Shown in pieces: positions 20,164 to 30,239 of a stretch of 64,000 nt of DNA. Numbering within the stretch: the stretch's first letter is position 1; each line of letters starts with the position of its first letter. This stretch comes from a virus (Duplodnaviria; Caudoviricetes), in the IMG/VR virus record IMGVR_UViG_3300031994_000065, positions 1-64,000 of that record. The stretch is one strand, 5' to 3'. A program made the position numbers and the translations under genes. Under the pieces are notes generated by a model, which saw only the letters and a program-made list of their open reading frames with translations, ran no database searches and was not told the DNA's origin.

Positions 20164-22842
20164 ATGTTTAAATTCAAAAACACAGAACCTTCAATTATAA
20201 ACTCATCCGTGTTTAATGTTGCTGAACCTTCTGGTGGTATAGCGACAATCAATTTGTTTATTGATAACACTGAAGATGATTCGTATAGAACAATGGCTGA
20301 ATCAATGAGTGCATTATATCATGCGGTATCATGTAACGATATGGAAATTGCTCTTGAAGGTTTAGGAGATATGTTAAAATCAGCCTGTGAGTTTTTCAAA
20401 ACGATCATTAAGAAAATCGCTGCATTTATCAAGAATACGTTTTACTACCTTATGTCATATGTGACAGATTTCGAGAAATTCATCGATAGATACAAAGAAA
20501 ATATTCAAAACTTCAAGGAGTTTGAGGTTAATGGATATACATATACTATTGACAGTCAACCCATAGACAGTTCGGGAATAACGAATATCATTAATCAATA
20601 TAACAAGAATATCAAAACTATCAACAGCAAGGAGTATAGTGATATTCAAACAATGATTTCCAAAGAAATGGGTAAAGAGTCATTAGGGAAACTTCGTAGC
20701 ACACTATGTGGAAAAACGTCTGGATTTATTAGGCCGGAGAAATTTATTGATGAAATGAATAAACGATTTCGCAATGGAAAAACTTCCACAAGCAACATCA
20801 AAGTCAATTCTGGAACAGTGAATAGTTTTATCGATGAATTTAAAAGATGCAAAGCGATGTTACCGGATGTTAAAGAAGATGGTTATAACGTACAGAGTGT
20901 CTTAGATGACATGGAAAAATTCTTCTATAGTCTACCCAAATATGAATATGTCGATTCTGATGATAAACGCATAAAGCATTATAAGTTATCGACAGATCTC
21001 AAAAAAGGCGATTTTACAGCGGATGAATCGGATGAAGAAGGATATTCCACAGAGTATTACAAAAAACTCACTGCTTATTACAACTTCTGCTATAGGATGT
21101 GTAGAGAGATAGCTGGTATGTATACGAAAGCATATACTACAAAAATCGAAGCCATAAAAGAAGCCATCAGTTTCTATACATCAGTTATTAGAAAAGCGAT
21201 CAGTCCATTTAATGAAAGAGAGACAGATAGTGTTAAATCTTCTAAAGAGTCAGTATCGATAATTCAAGATGGTTATACTGACTGGATGACTGAATATGGT
21301 TTGAACGCATTTAAAGGTGAAGAATTATCGACACATGAGAGAATAAAAGCGTTCAATGAACTCAAGGCTATAGTTAAAACAACGAATACATCTTTTAAGT
21401 CAGAAATACAATATGGTGGCGAAAATTGTGTTGCTATTTTCAAGGCTGCAGGTCGTGGAGATGCAGAGAAAGATGCTAAAAATGCTGTCAGACTTGCCAA
21501 TTCCAAATCAAAAGATTTTGTGTATAGTATACCCAAACCGAGTTTTTTCAATAAAGGGATTCTTGTGAATTACATTTGGGTTTATGCTAAGCATAAAAAG
21601 AAGATGAAACTTCAAGAATCAGTCGGAATTATTCCTGCTATGGAAAATCTTCCTAAAATTCATGTTGGAGATGTCGACGACTATTCGATTCAAGCTATGG
21701 AAGCGATGCATGAGATTGAAGTTGCTAAATGGGATGCTCATTTCCGTGAATATCTCGATGAAATTGATGTTTTGGCCGAAGGTTATCGTCGCGGCTACAT
21801 TCTCATGGAAGATGTAGAAGTGAAGGAGAAATCAGGACAAGATGCAAAAGAATCCACATTCTCCAAGATAATTGAGTTCATCCACACTATCATTGCAAAG
21901 TTTATGGATAAAGCATCTAATCTTTTTAACTCTAATCAAGAATGGTTTGATAAATACTCGGGCAAACTTAATGAAGTTAATGCTGAAGCATATGATAATA
22001 TTAAGATTACGATGCTTGCATATCATAAACAAAATAAGTACGATATACCTAGAACCAGCGTGTCACCAGATGATGCAAGACTTGGCACTGAGAAATTCAA
22101 AACACTTGGAGAAGTTGCCGAATTGATGTACCCCGGAATTTGCAAATTATCTGCCACGAAAGATATTACTGAAGGCACGAAGATATATTTCCGAGGTGGT
22201 TCGAATACAGTTGAAACGTATTCAAATGGTGCAGATGTTAAGAAGCAAGTTACAATGATGGTGGAATGGTGTAAAGAATATACTGATACATGCCATCACA
22301 TAAAAGATCAGATTGATAAAATGACCGAAGAAATGGAAAAGATGGATAAAGCTTACGAAGCATCAAAAGAAGCGTCATATTCTTACGTTCTTTCTGAACA
22401 AGCATTATTGGAAGAAACTGGTCTGGCTTGGTTACCGTTTATTGATTCTAAAGGTAATGCTAAATTCCTTGTGCTCAAAGAAGCAGAAGGTGATGCGAAT
22501 AAAGAAAAGGCTAATAAGGAGAAGAAAGAAGGACAAGACGCTGCTAAAGCTGCTGGTGCAACTGTTGCTAATGATGATAAGAAAGAAACAAAACCTGAGA
22601 CTGAAGAGGAAAGAAAAGCTCGTGAGAAAAAAGAAGCTGATGATAAGAAAGCTAAAGACGATAAAATTTCTAGAGCTCTTGCTGCTAAATACTATTATCA
22701 GGTTAAAGTTAAGGTTGCTACAGCAATGCTCACAATAGCTGAAGAGCGTTTCGTGTCATATATCAAAACATTACGTAATGTAGTTGCTTTGGCTCACATT
22801 GCTGCAGATAAAGCCGAGAAACCCGATAAAGCAAAAAAATGA
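20164..22842 (+). CDS. Internal head protein, paralog family member 4 (two family domains)
   Basis: ALEGLGDMLKSACEFFKTIIKKI and a second KESTFSKIIEFIHTIIAKF module; RBS aaggagga before ATG at 20164. Confidence 0.55.
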   Translation: MFKFKNTEPSIINSSVFNVAEPSGGIATINLFIDNTEDDSYRTMAESMSALYHAVSCNDMEIALEGLGDMLKSACEFFKTIIKKIAAFIKNTFYYLMSYVTDFEKFIDRYKENIQNFKEFEVNGYTYTIDSQPIDSSGITNIINQYNKNIKTINSKEYSDIQTMISKEMGKESLGKLRSTLCGKTSGFIRPEKFIDEMNKRFRNGKTSTSNIKVNSGTVNSFIDEFKRCKAMLPDVKEDGYNVQSVLDDMEKFFYSLPKYEYVDSDDKRIKHYKLSTDLKKGDFTADESDEEGYSTEYYKKLTAYYNFCYRMCREIAGMYTKAYTTKIEAIKEAISFYTSVIRKAISPFNERETDSVKSSKESVSIIQDGYTDWMTEYGLNAFKGEELSTHERIKAFNELKAIVKTTNTSFKSEIQYGGENCVAIFKAAGRGDAEKDAKNAVRLANSKSKDFVYSIPKPSFFNKGILVNYIWVYAKHKKKMKLQESVGIIPAMENLPKIHVGDVDDYSIQAMEAMHEIEVAKWDAHFREYLDEIDVLAEGYRRGYILMEDVEVKEKSGQDAKESTFSKIIEFIHTIIAKFMDKASNLFNSNQEWFDKYSGKLNEVNAEAYDNIKITMLAYHKQNKYDIPRTSVSPDDARLGTEKFKTLGEVAELMYPGICKLSATKDITEGTKIYFRGGSNTVETYSNGADVKKQVTMMVEWCKEYTDTCHHIKDQIDKMTEEMEKMDKAYEASKEASYSYVLSEQALLEETGLAWLPFIDSKGNAKFLVLKEAEGDANKEKANKEKKEGQDAAKAAGATVANDDKKETKPETEEERKAREKKEADDKKAKDDKISRALAAKYYYQVKVKVATAMLTIAEERFVSYIKTLRNVVALAHIAADKAEKPDKAKK

Positions 22843-22847
22843 TGATT

Positions 22848-22882
22848 AAAGAGAAGAATCTAAATCCAAGATTCTTCTCTTT
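22848..22882. terminator. Bidirectional terminator
   Basis: aaagagaagaatct / agattcttctcttt inverted repeat between convergent genes. Confidence 0.8.
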
Positions 22883-22892
22883 GACCCCGTTT

Positions 22893-24329
22893 TTAACCAA
22901 CTCCGGGAAGCCCCTTCCCACCAGTAACTCCACCCGATGTGGATTGAACCAATAACGGTGACGGAACAACTTGAGTTTCAATCGCGCGTTTGATTGCGTC
23001 GTCTATAGGTTCTTTCTTAACCATATAGATATTTGCTGTTAATGTCAACTGCTCGCCGTTGCGATTGAAGATGAAATCCGTTTTTCTTATTCTGTAATAC
23101 CCGCTGTAATTTGGATCGATGTTGGAATCGAGATAATGTAGGATAAATTCCTTATTGGGGGTTAGCGCCCACATATATGGATCAAACACAGTCATCCGGA
23201 CCGTGATGTTTCCTTCTTGTATATCGTTAGCGTATTGAGTCTGCATATAAGGATTCGCGTTAGCGTTGTTATCGACTCGCGTGTTTCCTTTACCACGTTG
23301 CTCTCCAGTCCCTTCAATATGAGTTGGAGCGTTGGTCTTTGCATTTAATGCGGTCAAGTTATTCCCCATTATGTGGTCATTGATTGCCGCAGGATTATGC
23401 ATTGTAACACGATGTGGGTCAGGGAAAATGTAATACTCTTTTCGTTCATCACAGGTTGTAGTACCAGACAGCCAACTTTCTGACAGTTTCGTTTTATTGA
23501 CAGTGAATATAGTAGTCGGGTACTCACCTTCTTCAACACAGTCTGGATGTCCAGTCTTATTCATGATATATACACAGCGGTAATCGAAAAAAGTTAACGT
23601 ACCAGTTTGATGCATTCCGTATATATCAGAAAGATACTGGAATAAATTCAACAGGTTTTGAGGTTGAATAATGCATTGGTCTATCGGATCTTTGTTATCT
23701 GACGGACTCATGAGTATTGCATCGAATCCGTTCTTAGATAACATATCCGCACAGATTGTAGGAATATCTGTATTTGAATAAACTTTGTTAACTACGTTCT
23801 TGCTGTTGACCAAATCTCTCTCGACGTAGAAATAGTAGCTTACACGTTCTCTCACGTCTGCCGGCATATTTTTACCGCCAAGATCATTAACGCTTCCACC
23901 AGCGGCAGCAATATTCTGTAAATCATTCACGGTCATATTGTAAATAGCCGCATCCATAAACGGAACGTTGCTTGCGATTACCGGAATGAAAATCGTGTCG
24001 AATACTGTTTCGCTACTGACGGGTTCAGTACGAGAACCGGAACCTGACACGTCATAACCTTCACATCTGAGAGCGATATGGAATTTGACCTCATTTCGAC
24101 GAACTTCAATGAATTCTTTGACTTTTGGATTGACGACGAAATGGATCATAAGCATCGGGTACAAATTATTGTCGTAATCTTTGCCGATATACATCTCGCT
24201 TATTGAACCTGGGACCATATCAACAGGTCCTTCAAGTTCCGGTGCCAATAACTCAAATTTTGAGATACGGTAACGATAGAGTTTATGAGACATCGCAGCG
24301 ACTTCTTTTTCGTACAGCTCTTTTACCAT
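22893..24329 (-). CDS. Baseplate hub protein (T4 gp27-like)
   Basis: 478 aa; IGKDYDNNLYP...IQPQNLLNLFQYLSDIYG...FFDYRCVYI and a C-terminal beta-barrel pattern (LTPNKEF...SGYYRI...F) fit the hub fold. Confidence 0.5.
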   Translation of the reverse strand: MVKELYEKEVAAMSHKLYRYRISKFELLAPELEGPVDMVPGSISEMYIGKDYDNNLYPMLMIHFVVNPKVKEFIEVRRNEVKFHIALRCEGYDVSGSGSRTEPVSSETVFDTIFIPVIASNVPFMDAAIYNMTVNDLQNIAAAGGSVNDLGGKNMPADVRERVSYYFYVERDLVNSKNVVNKVYSNTDIPTICADMLSKNGFDAILMSPSDNKDPIDQCIIQPQNLLNLFQYLSDIYGMHQTGTLTFFDYRCVYIMNKTGHPDCVEEGEYPTTIFTVNKTKLSESWLSGTTTCDERKEYYIFPDPHRVTMHNPAAINDHIMGNNLTALNAKTNAPTHIEGTGEQRGKGNTRVDNNANANPYMQTQYANDIQEGNITVRMTVFDPYMWALTPNKEFILHYLDSNIDPNYSGYYRIRKTDFIFNRNGEQLTLTANIYMVKKEPIDDAIKRAIETQVVPSPLLVQSTSGGVTGGKGLPGVG

Positions 24330-24372
24330 TCAAATCTCCTCCTTTACAAAAAAGTTAGAGAGCATAAATTTT

Positions 24373-24442
24373 GGGAAAAAGAATCCGCACCGCATTTGTT
24401 GAATGCGGCGTCCGATACCGTAATACGGCGCGGACTCTTTTT
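24373..24442 (-). terminator. Three-way-junction 3' element/terminator (copy A)
   Basis: Outer stem AAGAGUCCGC/GCGGAUUCUU encloses two hairpins, then UUUUU; homologous to 33363-33426. Confidence 0.7.
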
Positions 24443-24446
24443 GGTT

Positions 24447-24875
24447 TTAAGCTTCGACGAGATTGATGTGGATCAATTTTTGCGAATTGTTGAAATCGTC
24501 AATCATTTTTTCAAAGCGGGTTTTAACAACCGGTTTTTCGACGAGTTCGAAATACCAGCGTTCGAAACCGTTGTCGATTGACGGGGTCGCATAAAACGCG
24601 TTGAGTTTCTCGATCGCTGTTTCCAGCGAATCAACGCGCATGTCAACGACCGGTCCCAAAGCCGCTTTGGACAGTGTTACCTGTCCTTTGCTTTTCCAGA
24701 GAGGGTTGACGCTGAAGTAACGCGCTTTTCTCGTGGCGAAGCAGGGGAACCAGTTGCCGTTGTCGTTTTCCGCAATGATTGCAACATCGAGTTGTTTGGC
24801 TTTGTTGTCGTGCAGGTCGACAAAACCATTCAACATTGCGAACGTTGCGATTGCGATTGCCGAAGTCTTTTCCAT
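24447..24875 (-). CDS. Early cassette cargo A, hypothetical protein
   Basis: ATG at 24875 spaced from AAGGAGG; flanked by a conserved leader and 3' element. Confidence 0.7.
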   Translation of the reverse strand: MEKTSAIAIATFAMLNGFVDLHDNKAKQLDVAIIAENDNGNWFPCFATRKARYFSVNPLWKSKGQVTLSKAALGPVVDMRVDSLETAIEKLNAFYATPSIDNGFERWYFELVEKPVVKTRFEKMIDDFNNSQKLIHINLVEA

Positions 24876-24879
24876 GATA

Positions 24880-24993
24880 AACATCCTCCTTAAAGATGTG
24901 GATCGTAGGTTTTCGTCAATTTAGTACAAGAGAACTCCTACTAAACTCTCATACACCACGATAATATATATTCATAGGTGGGGGCGATGTCAG
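24880..24993 (-). promoter_or_regulatory. Early promoter (CTGACA-N17-TATATATTAT) plus structured leader, copy A
   Basis: Near-identical to 33163-33275 and 34004-34117. Confidence 0.85.
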
Positions 24994-25042
24994 ATCGGAA
25001 AATTAGGTATATTGCTATAATACATGAAAAAGATAGATAACA

Positions 25043-25066
25043 AAGGAGGGAACTAAACCCCTCCTT
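25043..25066 (-). terminator. Terminator hairpin
   Basis: aaggaggg / ccctcctt inverted repeat at the end of the nuclease gene. Confidence 0.6.
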
Positions 25067-26195
25067 AAAATAATGATTTTTTCGAACGTGCAGAATATTG
25101 ATTCAGTTCGACGACATTAATTGGACTCATCTCGAAATATTTAGAATTCAGATTTTTCAATGCGTCATTCTCATACTTATCCACAAGCTGTTTCGTTATG
25201 TTGAGTTGTTGCGGTTCTGAGACCATGCCAAGTTGTCTGTCTAAATCGACGCACATGATACTGTTAGCAATTCGCTCTTTGTTATCATCATTAGGACCGT
25301 CTTTGATTGCCATTATAAGGTGTTCTAATCCAATTATTTCAGCTTCACTTATATCCAGCTCTTTGAACAATTTGTGTAATCTCTTGTATATGGTTTTCCA
25401 TCCACAACCTTTGATCTTTCCGATACCGCGACGTTTATCTCCAACTATGGCAAGAATGAAAGTAATCAGGTATGCAGGAAGTTTGTGTGAATTCTTTATA
25501 TCGTGTTTCTCTCTGATGATGGTAAAAAGATTCTCTTTGGTTACTATGTAACTTTCGTCACCTTTTGGATACATAACCAAGAAGTTCTTGTTGACGTATT
25601 GCAAATCGTATTCGTCTCTGGTTATCAAAATATTCAATTGACCATCGAGTGCTTTAGAGTTGCATAACAACAGAGGAACGAGAGAACTTTCGAGTCTATT
25701 TGATGTTACCAAATATACACCTTCCACATAACCCACTATGGTTCTGAGAGCTTTGATGACAGACTCCAGAACCATATTAGTTGCCTCGTAGTTTGGATTG
25801 TCGGTGTAATCGTAAATGAATCTCTCGCGATAGTGTTTAAGAAACATCGTATTATTCAGTGTCGTGTATTTATCGTATTCATTCATGAATAGAACGATAT
25901 TAGTCTTGATTCTGTTTTTGGTAAAGAATCGACGATAATGCCCGGCAAGATTCAGAATGTTACTGATAATGGAAAAATGAAAGTTCTTGGTTTCAGTTTT
26001 ATCCATAGAAAGAATGAATTCTTCTACGGTTTGGTTATGTATGCAATGAATAATTGATTCGAGATTGATGAATATATTTACTCGATCTATTACTTCTCTA
26101 ATACCAACAGAACCAAATAGAAGATTCATTTTTTCGAACTTAATCTTGTGAGCATTGAATATCTTATCAATCGTTTCAGATGAACTTGAAATCAT
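25065..26195 (-). CDS. RNase H / 5'-3' flap exonuclease (T4 RNase H-like)
   Basis: NIFINLESII N-terminal PIN-like motif, ITRDEYDLQY, and helix-3-turn-helix GDKRRGIGKIKGCGWKT. Confidence 0.7.
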   Translation of the reverse strand: MISSSSETIDKIFNAHKIKFEKMNLLFGSVGIREVIDRVNIFINLESIIHCIHNQTVEEFILSMDKTETKNFHFSIISNILNLAGHYRRFFTKNRIKTNIVLFMNEYDKYTTLNNTMFLKHYRERFIYDYTDNPNYEATNMVLESVIKALRTIVGYVEGVYLVTSNRLESSLVPLLLCNSKALDGQLNILITRDEYDLQYVNKNFLVMYPKGDESYIVTKENLFTIIREKHDIKNSHKLPAYLITFILAIVGDKRRGIGKIKGCGWKTIYKRLHKLFKELDISEAEIIGLEHLIMAIKDGPNDDNKERIANSIMCVDLDRQLGMVSEPQQLNITKQLVDKYENDALKNLNSKYFEMSPINVVELNQYSARSKKSLF

Positions 26196-26270
26196 TTCAA
26201 TCCCTTCTTCAGATAAAAAATATTGGGCGGGAAAGGTTCCCGCCCTTAACGTGTGTTTCCTTGTCAGATT

Positions 26271-27158
26271 TTATTTCGTCGTGATGTGTTCGATGATTTC
26301 GCGGATGTCACTGCCGCCATTGCCGAGTTCGCGCAAACGTGCGACTCGGTACATCACATTGCTGCCTTGCTGAGCTGTATCGAGCAGAATGACACGGTAA
26401 GCTCTGTTGTGCAAGAACAGCGCACTCAGAACGGCGTCCGGGTTGAGTTCGATATAGCAAAATGCTCTGCCGTTTTTGTCGCGTTTCTGAGACTCGTTCA
26501 CTACGAGTTTGCTCGTATCGACAAACGGTTTGACAAGCTCTTTCAATTTTGCATCCAAACGAACGTGTGCGCCACGCGCTTTGCCGCCGAGCAATTCGAG
26601 TTCGATGTCGTTAGCCGAGCGACCATTCACGACAAGATGTTCCATCTTCGGAAAGATGAGATACATCTTGGGAATGTCGTTCAGTACTGCAGCGCCATCC
26701 CCGAAATAGATGTAGCGGTAACCGTGATGCTCGAAGTATTTTTCGAAATACGTCGAAATGTCGCGACTCGTGAACGTGAAGATCGACCCACTGGGATCGA
26801 GTCCGAGACGATTGTCGTTCGCGCGGTTCCCAATGACACATCCGCCTTCGTAGTTATACAAACCATTCGGATCGCTCACGTCGGATTGTGGACGAGTGAA
26901 AGGTTTACCACCTCCGTCTTTCGGACGTTGCGGTTGCGGATTCGGCTGACGCTGTTCGCGCTGTTGTTGACGCGGTTGATGTACTTGCTGCTTGGGTTTC
27001 GGAGTAGGTTCAGGTTTAACCACCGGCTCTGCCTCCTCTTCTTTTTCGAATTCGTCGTTGTCTTCAAACGGATCGGGCAATTTGCTCGCTGCCGATTTGA
27101 CCGTGCTTTCTTCGCCGACTGCACGGTACAAGCGAATTTCCTCGCTGCTTACTTCCAT
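26271..27158 (-). CDS. Hypothetical early protein
   Basis: 295 aa, RBS AAGGAGG, early motif at 27203-27212, own terminator at 26226-26246; P/Q-rich linker. Confidence 0.7.
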   Translation of the reverse strand: MEVSSEEIRLYRAVGEESTVKSAASKLPDPFEDNDEFEKEEEAEPVVKPEPTPKPKQQVHQPRQQQREQRQPNPQPQRPKDGGGKPFTRPQSDVSDPNGLYNYEGGCVIGNRANDNRLGLDPSGSIFTFTSRDISTYFEKYFEHHGYRYIYFGDGAAVLNDIPKMYLIFPKMEHLVVNGRSANDIELELLGGKARGAHVRLDAKLKELVKPFVDTSKLVVNESQKRDKNGRAFCYIELNPDAVLSALFLHNRAYRVILLDTAQQGSNVMYRVARLRELGNGGSDIREIIEHITTK

Positions 27159-27202
27159 GAGTAATGCGCCTCCTTCTTTAATTTGTGGTCGTAACCGAGT
27201 TT

Positions 27203-27212
27203 ATAATATATA
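27203..27212 (-). promoter_or_regulatory. Early promoter motif TATATATTAT
   Basis: Exact motif ~45 nt upstream of the start codon. Confidence 0.65.
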
Positions 27213-27287
27213 CTTAGAAATCGCGTTAAAATACAGCCACTCCTATAGTTAGTTGTGACTGCATTTATAATAGATTAGCGATTCCTT

Positions 27288-28334
27288 TTATCTGTTGACT
27301 TTTGCAAAATTTCTTTCCATAAGTGACCTAACTTGCGGAGCCCAGTTATAGTTATCCGGGCAGTAGACGGGGTTGATCGAACTGACCGTATCTAAGCCGC
27401 GTGCAAAATAACACTCATTGATAAGTTGCCCGAATGCATCGATATTTTCTTTTTTCGAGCTGTAACTTAATCCCATCATTCCGAAAAGGTTATTATCATT
27501 CAACGCCATAAATGAAGTCCCATGACCGCTTTCGAGTTGTGCAACAGCCAAAGCAAATACGGCATTGACTCCGTATGTGGATTCCATTTCGTAGAACACA
27601 TGACCTAACCCTTCGAGACCGGTTCCGGCAACAATCGATTCCAGTTCATCCATACTCAATCCACATCGTTCGGTTATTACGTCTGAAAGCGGATAAACCG
27701 GTGGAATAAGGTTGACTCTGTAATGTTCGATTTTGCCACTGCTAAGAAACGGTTTGACGTGTTCATAGTAATACGAACTGGGATAGTAATCGACTTTAAC
27801 GAATCGTTTTTCAATATATGCTGCTTCGCCGATGCAATAGAAGTTGCTGTTGTAGATTAACGGAACAATCTCGTATGTATTGTACTTGTCTAATTGTATC
27901 GGTTTGTCGTCTTCAGCAGGCTGTTTGTAACATATCGCGTCGAGTTCGTTTCGAGTGAATAACACGCCGACGATTTTTTCTGTCGAAGGCTTCTCAAATT
28001 TGTCAAGTTCGCAGTACGCTCTGTATTCGCCAGCTACTCCCCATTGTGGATTAATGGGGCTGACCGAGATAGCAGTACCACTAGGAAGCGTGCCAATGAG
28101 TCGAGCCGAAGAATCGGGTTCGGCATACATCGGAACATCTTGTGTAGAGACGCAAACCAAGTCTGCAAATTTGTCTATTTCTACAAGGGGTTCCGCTTCC
28201 GCAACGTTTGTCTGAACAATCTGTTCATCTGTCGCCGGATTGACTCGAGGATTGAAGAAGTTGTGATTGATTCCGGCTCCAATCAGCATCGCACCAGTTA
28301 CACAGATCGCCGCGATTAGATGTTTAGTATACAT
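27288..28334 (-). CDS. Glucosaminidase-family (GH73) peptidoglycan hydrolase with N-terminal signal/anchor and SH3 domain
   Basis: GLGHVFYEMESTYGVNAVFALAVAQLESGHGTS...NNLFG catalytic motif; VPMYAEPDSSARLIGTLPSG is SH3-like; hydrophobic N-terminus. Confidence 0.85.
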   Translation of the reverse strand: MYTKHLIAAICVTGAMLIGAGINHNFFNPRVNPATDEQIVQTNVAEAEPLVEIDKFADLVCVSTQDVPMYAEPDSSARLIGTLPSGTAISVSPINPQWGVAGEYRAYCELDKFEKPSTEKIVGVLFTRNELDAICYKQPAEDDKPIQLDKYNTYEIVPLIYNSNFYCIGEAAYIEKRFVKVDYYPSSYYYEHVKPFLSSGKIEHYRVNLIPPVYPLSDVITERCGLSMDELESIVAGTGLEGLGHVFYEMESTYGVNAVFALAVAQLESGHGTSFMALNDNNLFGMMGLSYSSKKENIDAFGQLINECYFARGLDTVSSINPVYCPDNYNWAPQVRSLMERNFAKVNR

Positions 28335-28362
28335 TAGTGGATTCCTCCTTTGAGATTGAGTT

Positions 28363-28374
28363 TACCACTATGTC
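28363..28374 (-). promoter_or_regulatory. Late promoter RACA-N6-TA
   Basis: Minus strand GACA-tagtgg-TA. Confidence 0.7.
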
Positions 28375-28537
28375 CGCAGCTTTTAGGAAATAACCGTATC
28401 TTATTTTGCTTAAATCAAGCAATATTTGAGTTACACCAAACCAATTATTAAAATTTCATTAAAAATGTACTGGTCAAGATATATACATCGAATCATTGCG
28501 TGTATTCTGATGTGAATATCGGCTGATTTGGGCTGAA

Positions 28538-28549
28538 GACAAAGCGATA
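28538..28549 (+). promoter_or_regulatory. Late promoter RACA-N6-TA
   Basis: GACA-aagcga-TA. Confidence 0.7.
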
Positions 28550-28577
28550 ATACACTACACAGAAAGAAGGTGAAGAA

Positions 28578-29888
28578 ATGGGTCAATTATTACGAGGACA
28601 GATGTTCGGAACAGGTTTTGAGAAGCAAATTTATCATGATAATCATTCTGAGTTCGAGCAGAAAGTCCATAGCCAGTATGCGAAATATCTCAGTGAACTT
28701 CCAATATTCACTGAATACTTTCACATAGTTAAAGCATTAACTACGGAAGATACCGGTTTGTTAAACATTGATAAATTGACTGGAGACAGCTCACCGTTCA
28801 GATACAATCTCATTAAAGATTTTCCTCTGTTTGGTCTCGAGCAGATTCTTCTCGATATCGAAGATAATGATGATGTTGGTTTACAGACAAACTACGAGGG
28901 TGAGGCAATAATTCTTCCACAAACTATAACTCCGTTACCGGATGATGCATTTATTGCAACAGCTCTTGGAAAGAAATGGTTTTTCCGTGTAATCGAAATT
29001 CATTACGACACAATTCTTGCGAAGAACTATTACAAGATTAATTTTGTGGTAAAAGGTGTCGATAATGGTTATTATTACGAGGATTATCTTAAGAAGGTAA
29101 ACGACACATTCATTTGCGTTTACGACAATTATGGAACACAAGACGCATTTCTCATAAAGGAAGAGAATTATGATATTACTAATAAGCTCCAGAAAATGGC
29201 AGATGAATTATCAAGGAAATATCTCACTTTCTTCTATAATGAGAAATATAATGCGTTGATGGTTAAGAATCCACATGGTTACAATATGCTGTATGATGCT
29301 TATGTGAATTACTTCTGTAATGAGCAATCGATATTTGCTCAGAATCCAAGAAACTTTTGGAATTATAAGTTCTATGTAGAAACCAGACCGGAATTTGAGT
29401 TCTTCTATAACGCAAACTCAATTCAATCGGTTGTCATTAACAAAGATTTGGAATTGATTCAATCACCAAGATTTATGCGGTATTATGATACTATTCCCAC
29501 TTTCACCGATTCAATATTCCAGTTCTATGGAGATTTTGACACTTCCGGAATAACGATAAGTGAACGACATATAAATCCATTTGGTAGACAGATTCATCCG
29601 TTAATACCTCAAGATTTGTTTGAAGCAATCTGCTCTAATGGAAACGTTGATACCACAAATTTGATCTACAATGTCTTGGTGAAATACATCAATAATGATA
29701 TTGAAAGTGTAGGAAAACTTTTAGGTAATTTCAATGACAAAATTCGCGTTAGACCCACATACTTGGATTATGTCTTGATACCTCTATTCCTGTACATTCT
29801 TTATCAATACAAGAAGTCTGTTACCAAGACAAACAATAATTATGTTGAGAATGAACAGCTTCGACAAAAACTTAAAATCTCACACTGA
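28578..29888 (+). CDS. Virion structural protein, probably neck/head-closure
   Basis: SPFRYNLIKDFPLFG...EGEAIILPQTITPLPDDAF...FRVIEI is a beta-rich motif recalled from phiKZ-like virion proteins; late promoter. Confidence 0.5.
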   Translation: MGQLLRGQMFGTGFEKQIYHDNHSEFEQKVHSQYAKYLSELPIFTEYFHIVKALTTEDTGLLNIDKLTGDSSPFRYNLIKDFPLFGLEQILLDIEDNDDVGLQTNYEGEAIILPQTITPLPDDAFIATALGKKWFFRVIEIHYDTILAKNYYKINFVVKGVDNGYYYEDYLKKVNDTFICVYDNYGTQDAFLIKEENYDITNKLQKMADELSRKYLTFFYNEKYNALMVKNPHGYNMLYDAYVNYFCNEQSIFAQNPRNFWNYKFYVETRPEFEFFYNANSIQSVVINKDLELIQSPRFMRYYDTIPTFTDSIFQFYGDFDTSGITISERHINPFGRQIHPLIPQDLFEAICSNGNVDTTNLIYNVLVKYINNDIESVGKLLGNFNDKIRVRPTYLDYVLIPLFLYILYQYKKSVTKTNNNYVENEQLRQKLKISH

Positions 29889-29891
29889 AGA

Positions 29892-30233
29892 ATGGAGGAA
29901 TTTGAGATGCTTAAGACATTACGTTCACAATTGGCAACTAAAAAGGCAGATGCTTCGTTTGAAGGATTTGTCCTTGATGCTATTGAACGCGCACCTCAGA
30001 GAGATATCATGCTCGAAGAATGCGATGCTCCGGAATGTTGGCATGAAGACGACGATTACTGCGATGAAGATATTGGCAAGTTGATCGATGCTCTTCCCGA
30101 ATCCGACATCGATTTGGATAATGAAGCGATTATTCAAGGAATTATTCGTGGTCGCGACGAACAGGGTAACGAGAAAGATATGTCAGTGGAAGAATGTTGC
30201 GAGGCGTATATACCGCCCACTGAAGAAGTTTAA
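29892..30233 (+). CDS. Small acidic protein, probably virion
   Basis: 113 aa, co-transcribed; contains FEG and MLEE motifs like the head proteins. Confidence 0.55.
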   Translation: MEEFEMLKTLRSQLATKKADASFEGFVLDAIERAPQRDIMLEECDAPECWHEDDDYCDEDIGKLIDALPESDIDLDNEAIIQGIIRGRDEQGNEKDMSVEECCEAYIPPTEEV

Positions 30234-30239
30234 GAAAGG

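Noticed and set aside
24880-24960. Leader as preQ1-I riboswitch or pistol ribozyme
   Set aside because: Pseudoknot-like topology is similar, but the conserved core nucleotides and the pistol P2/P3 pairings are missing by eye.
26253-27164. Long opposite-strand ORFs (also 41331-41999, 47424-47951, 50444-51115, 61428-62318)
   Set aside because: They shadow well-supported genes with RBS and promoters, and have no RBS or recognisable motifs of their own.
28380-28530. AT-rich intergenic stretch as a replication origin
   Set aside because: No iterons or DnaA boxes seen; explained as a spacer between divergent late promoters.
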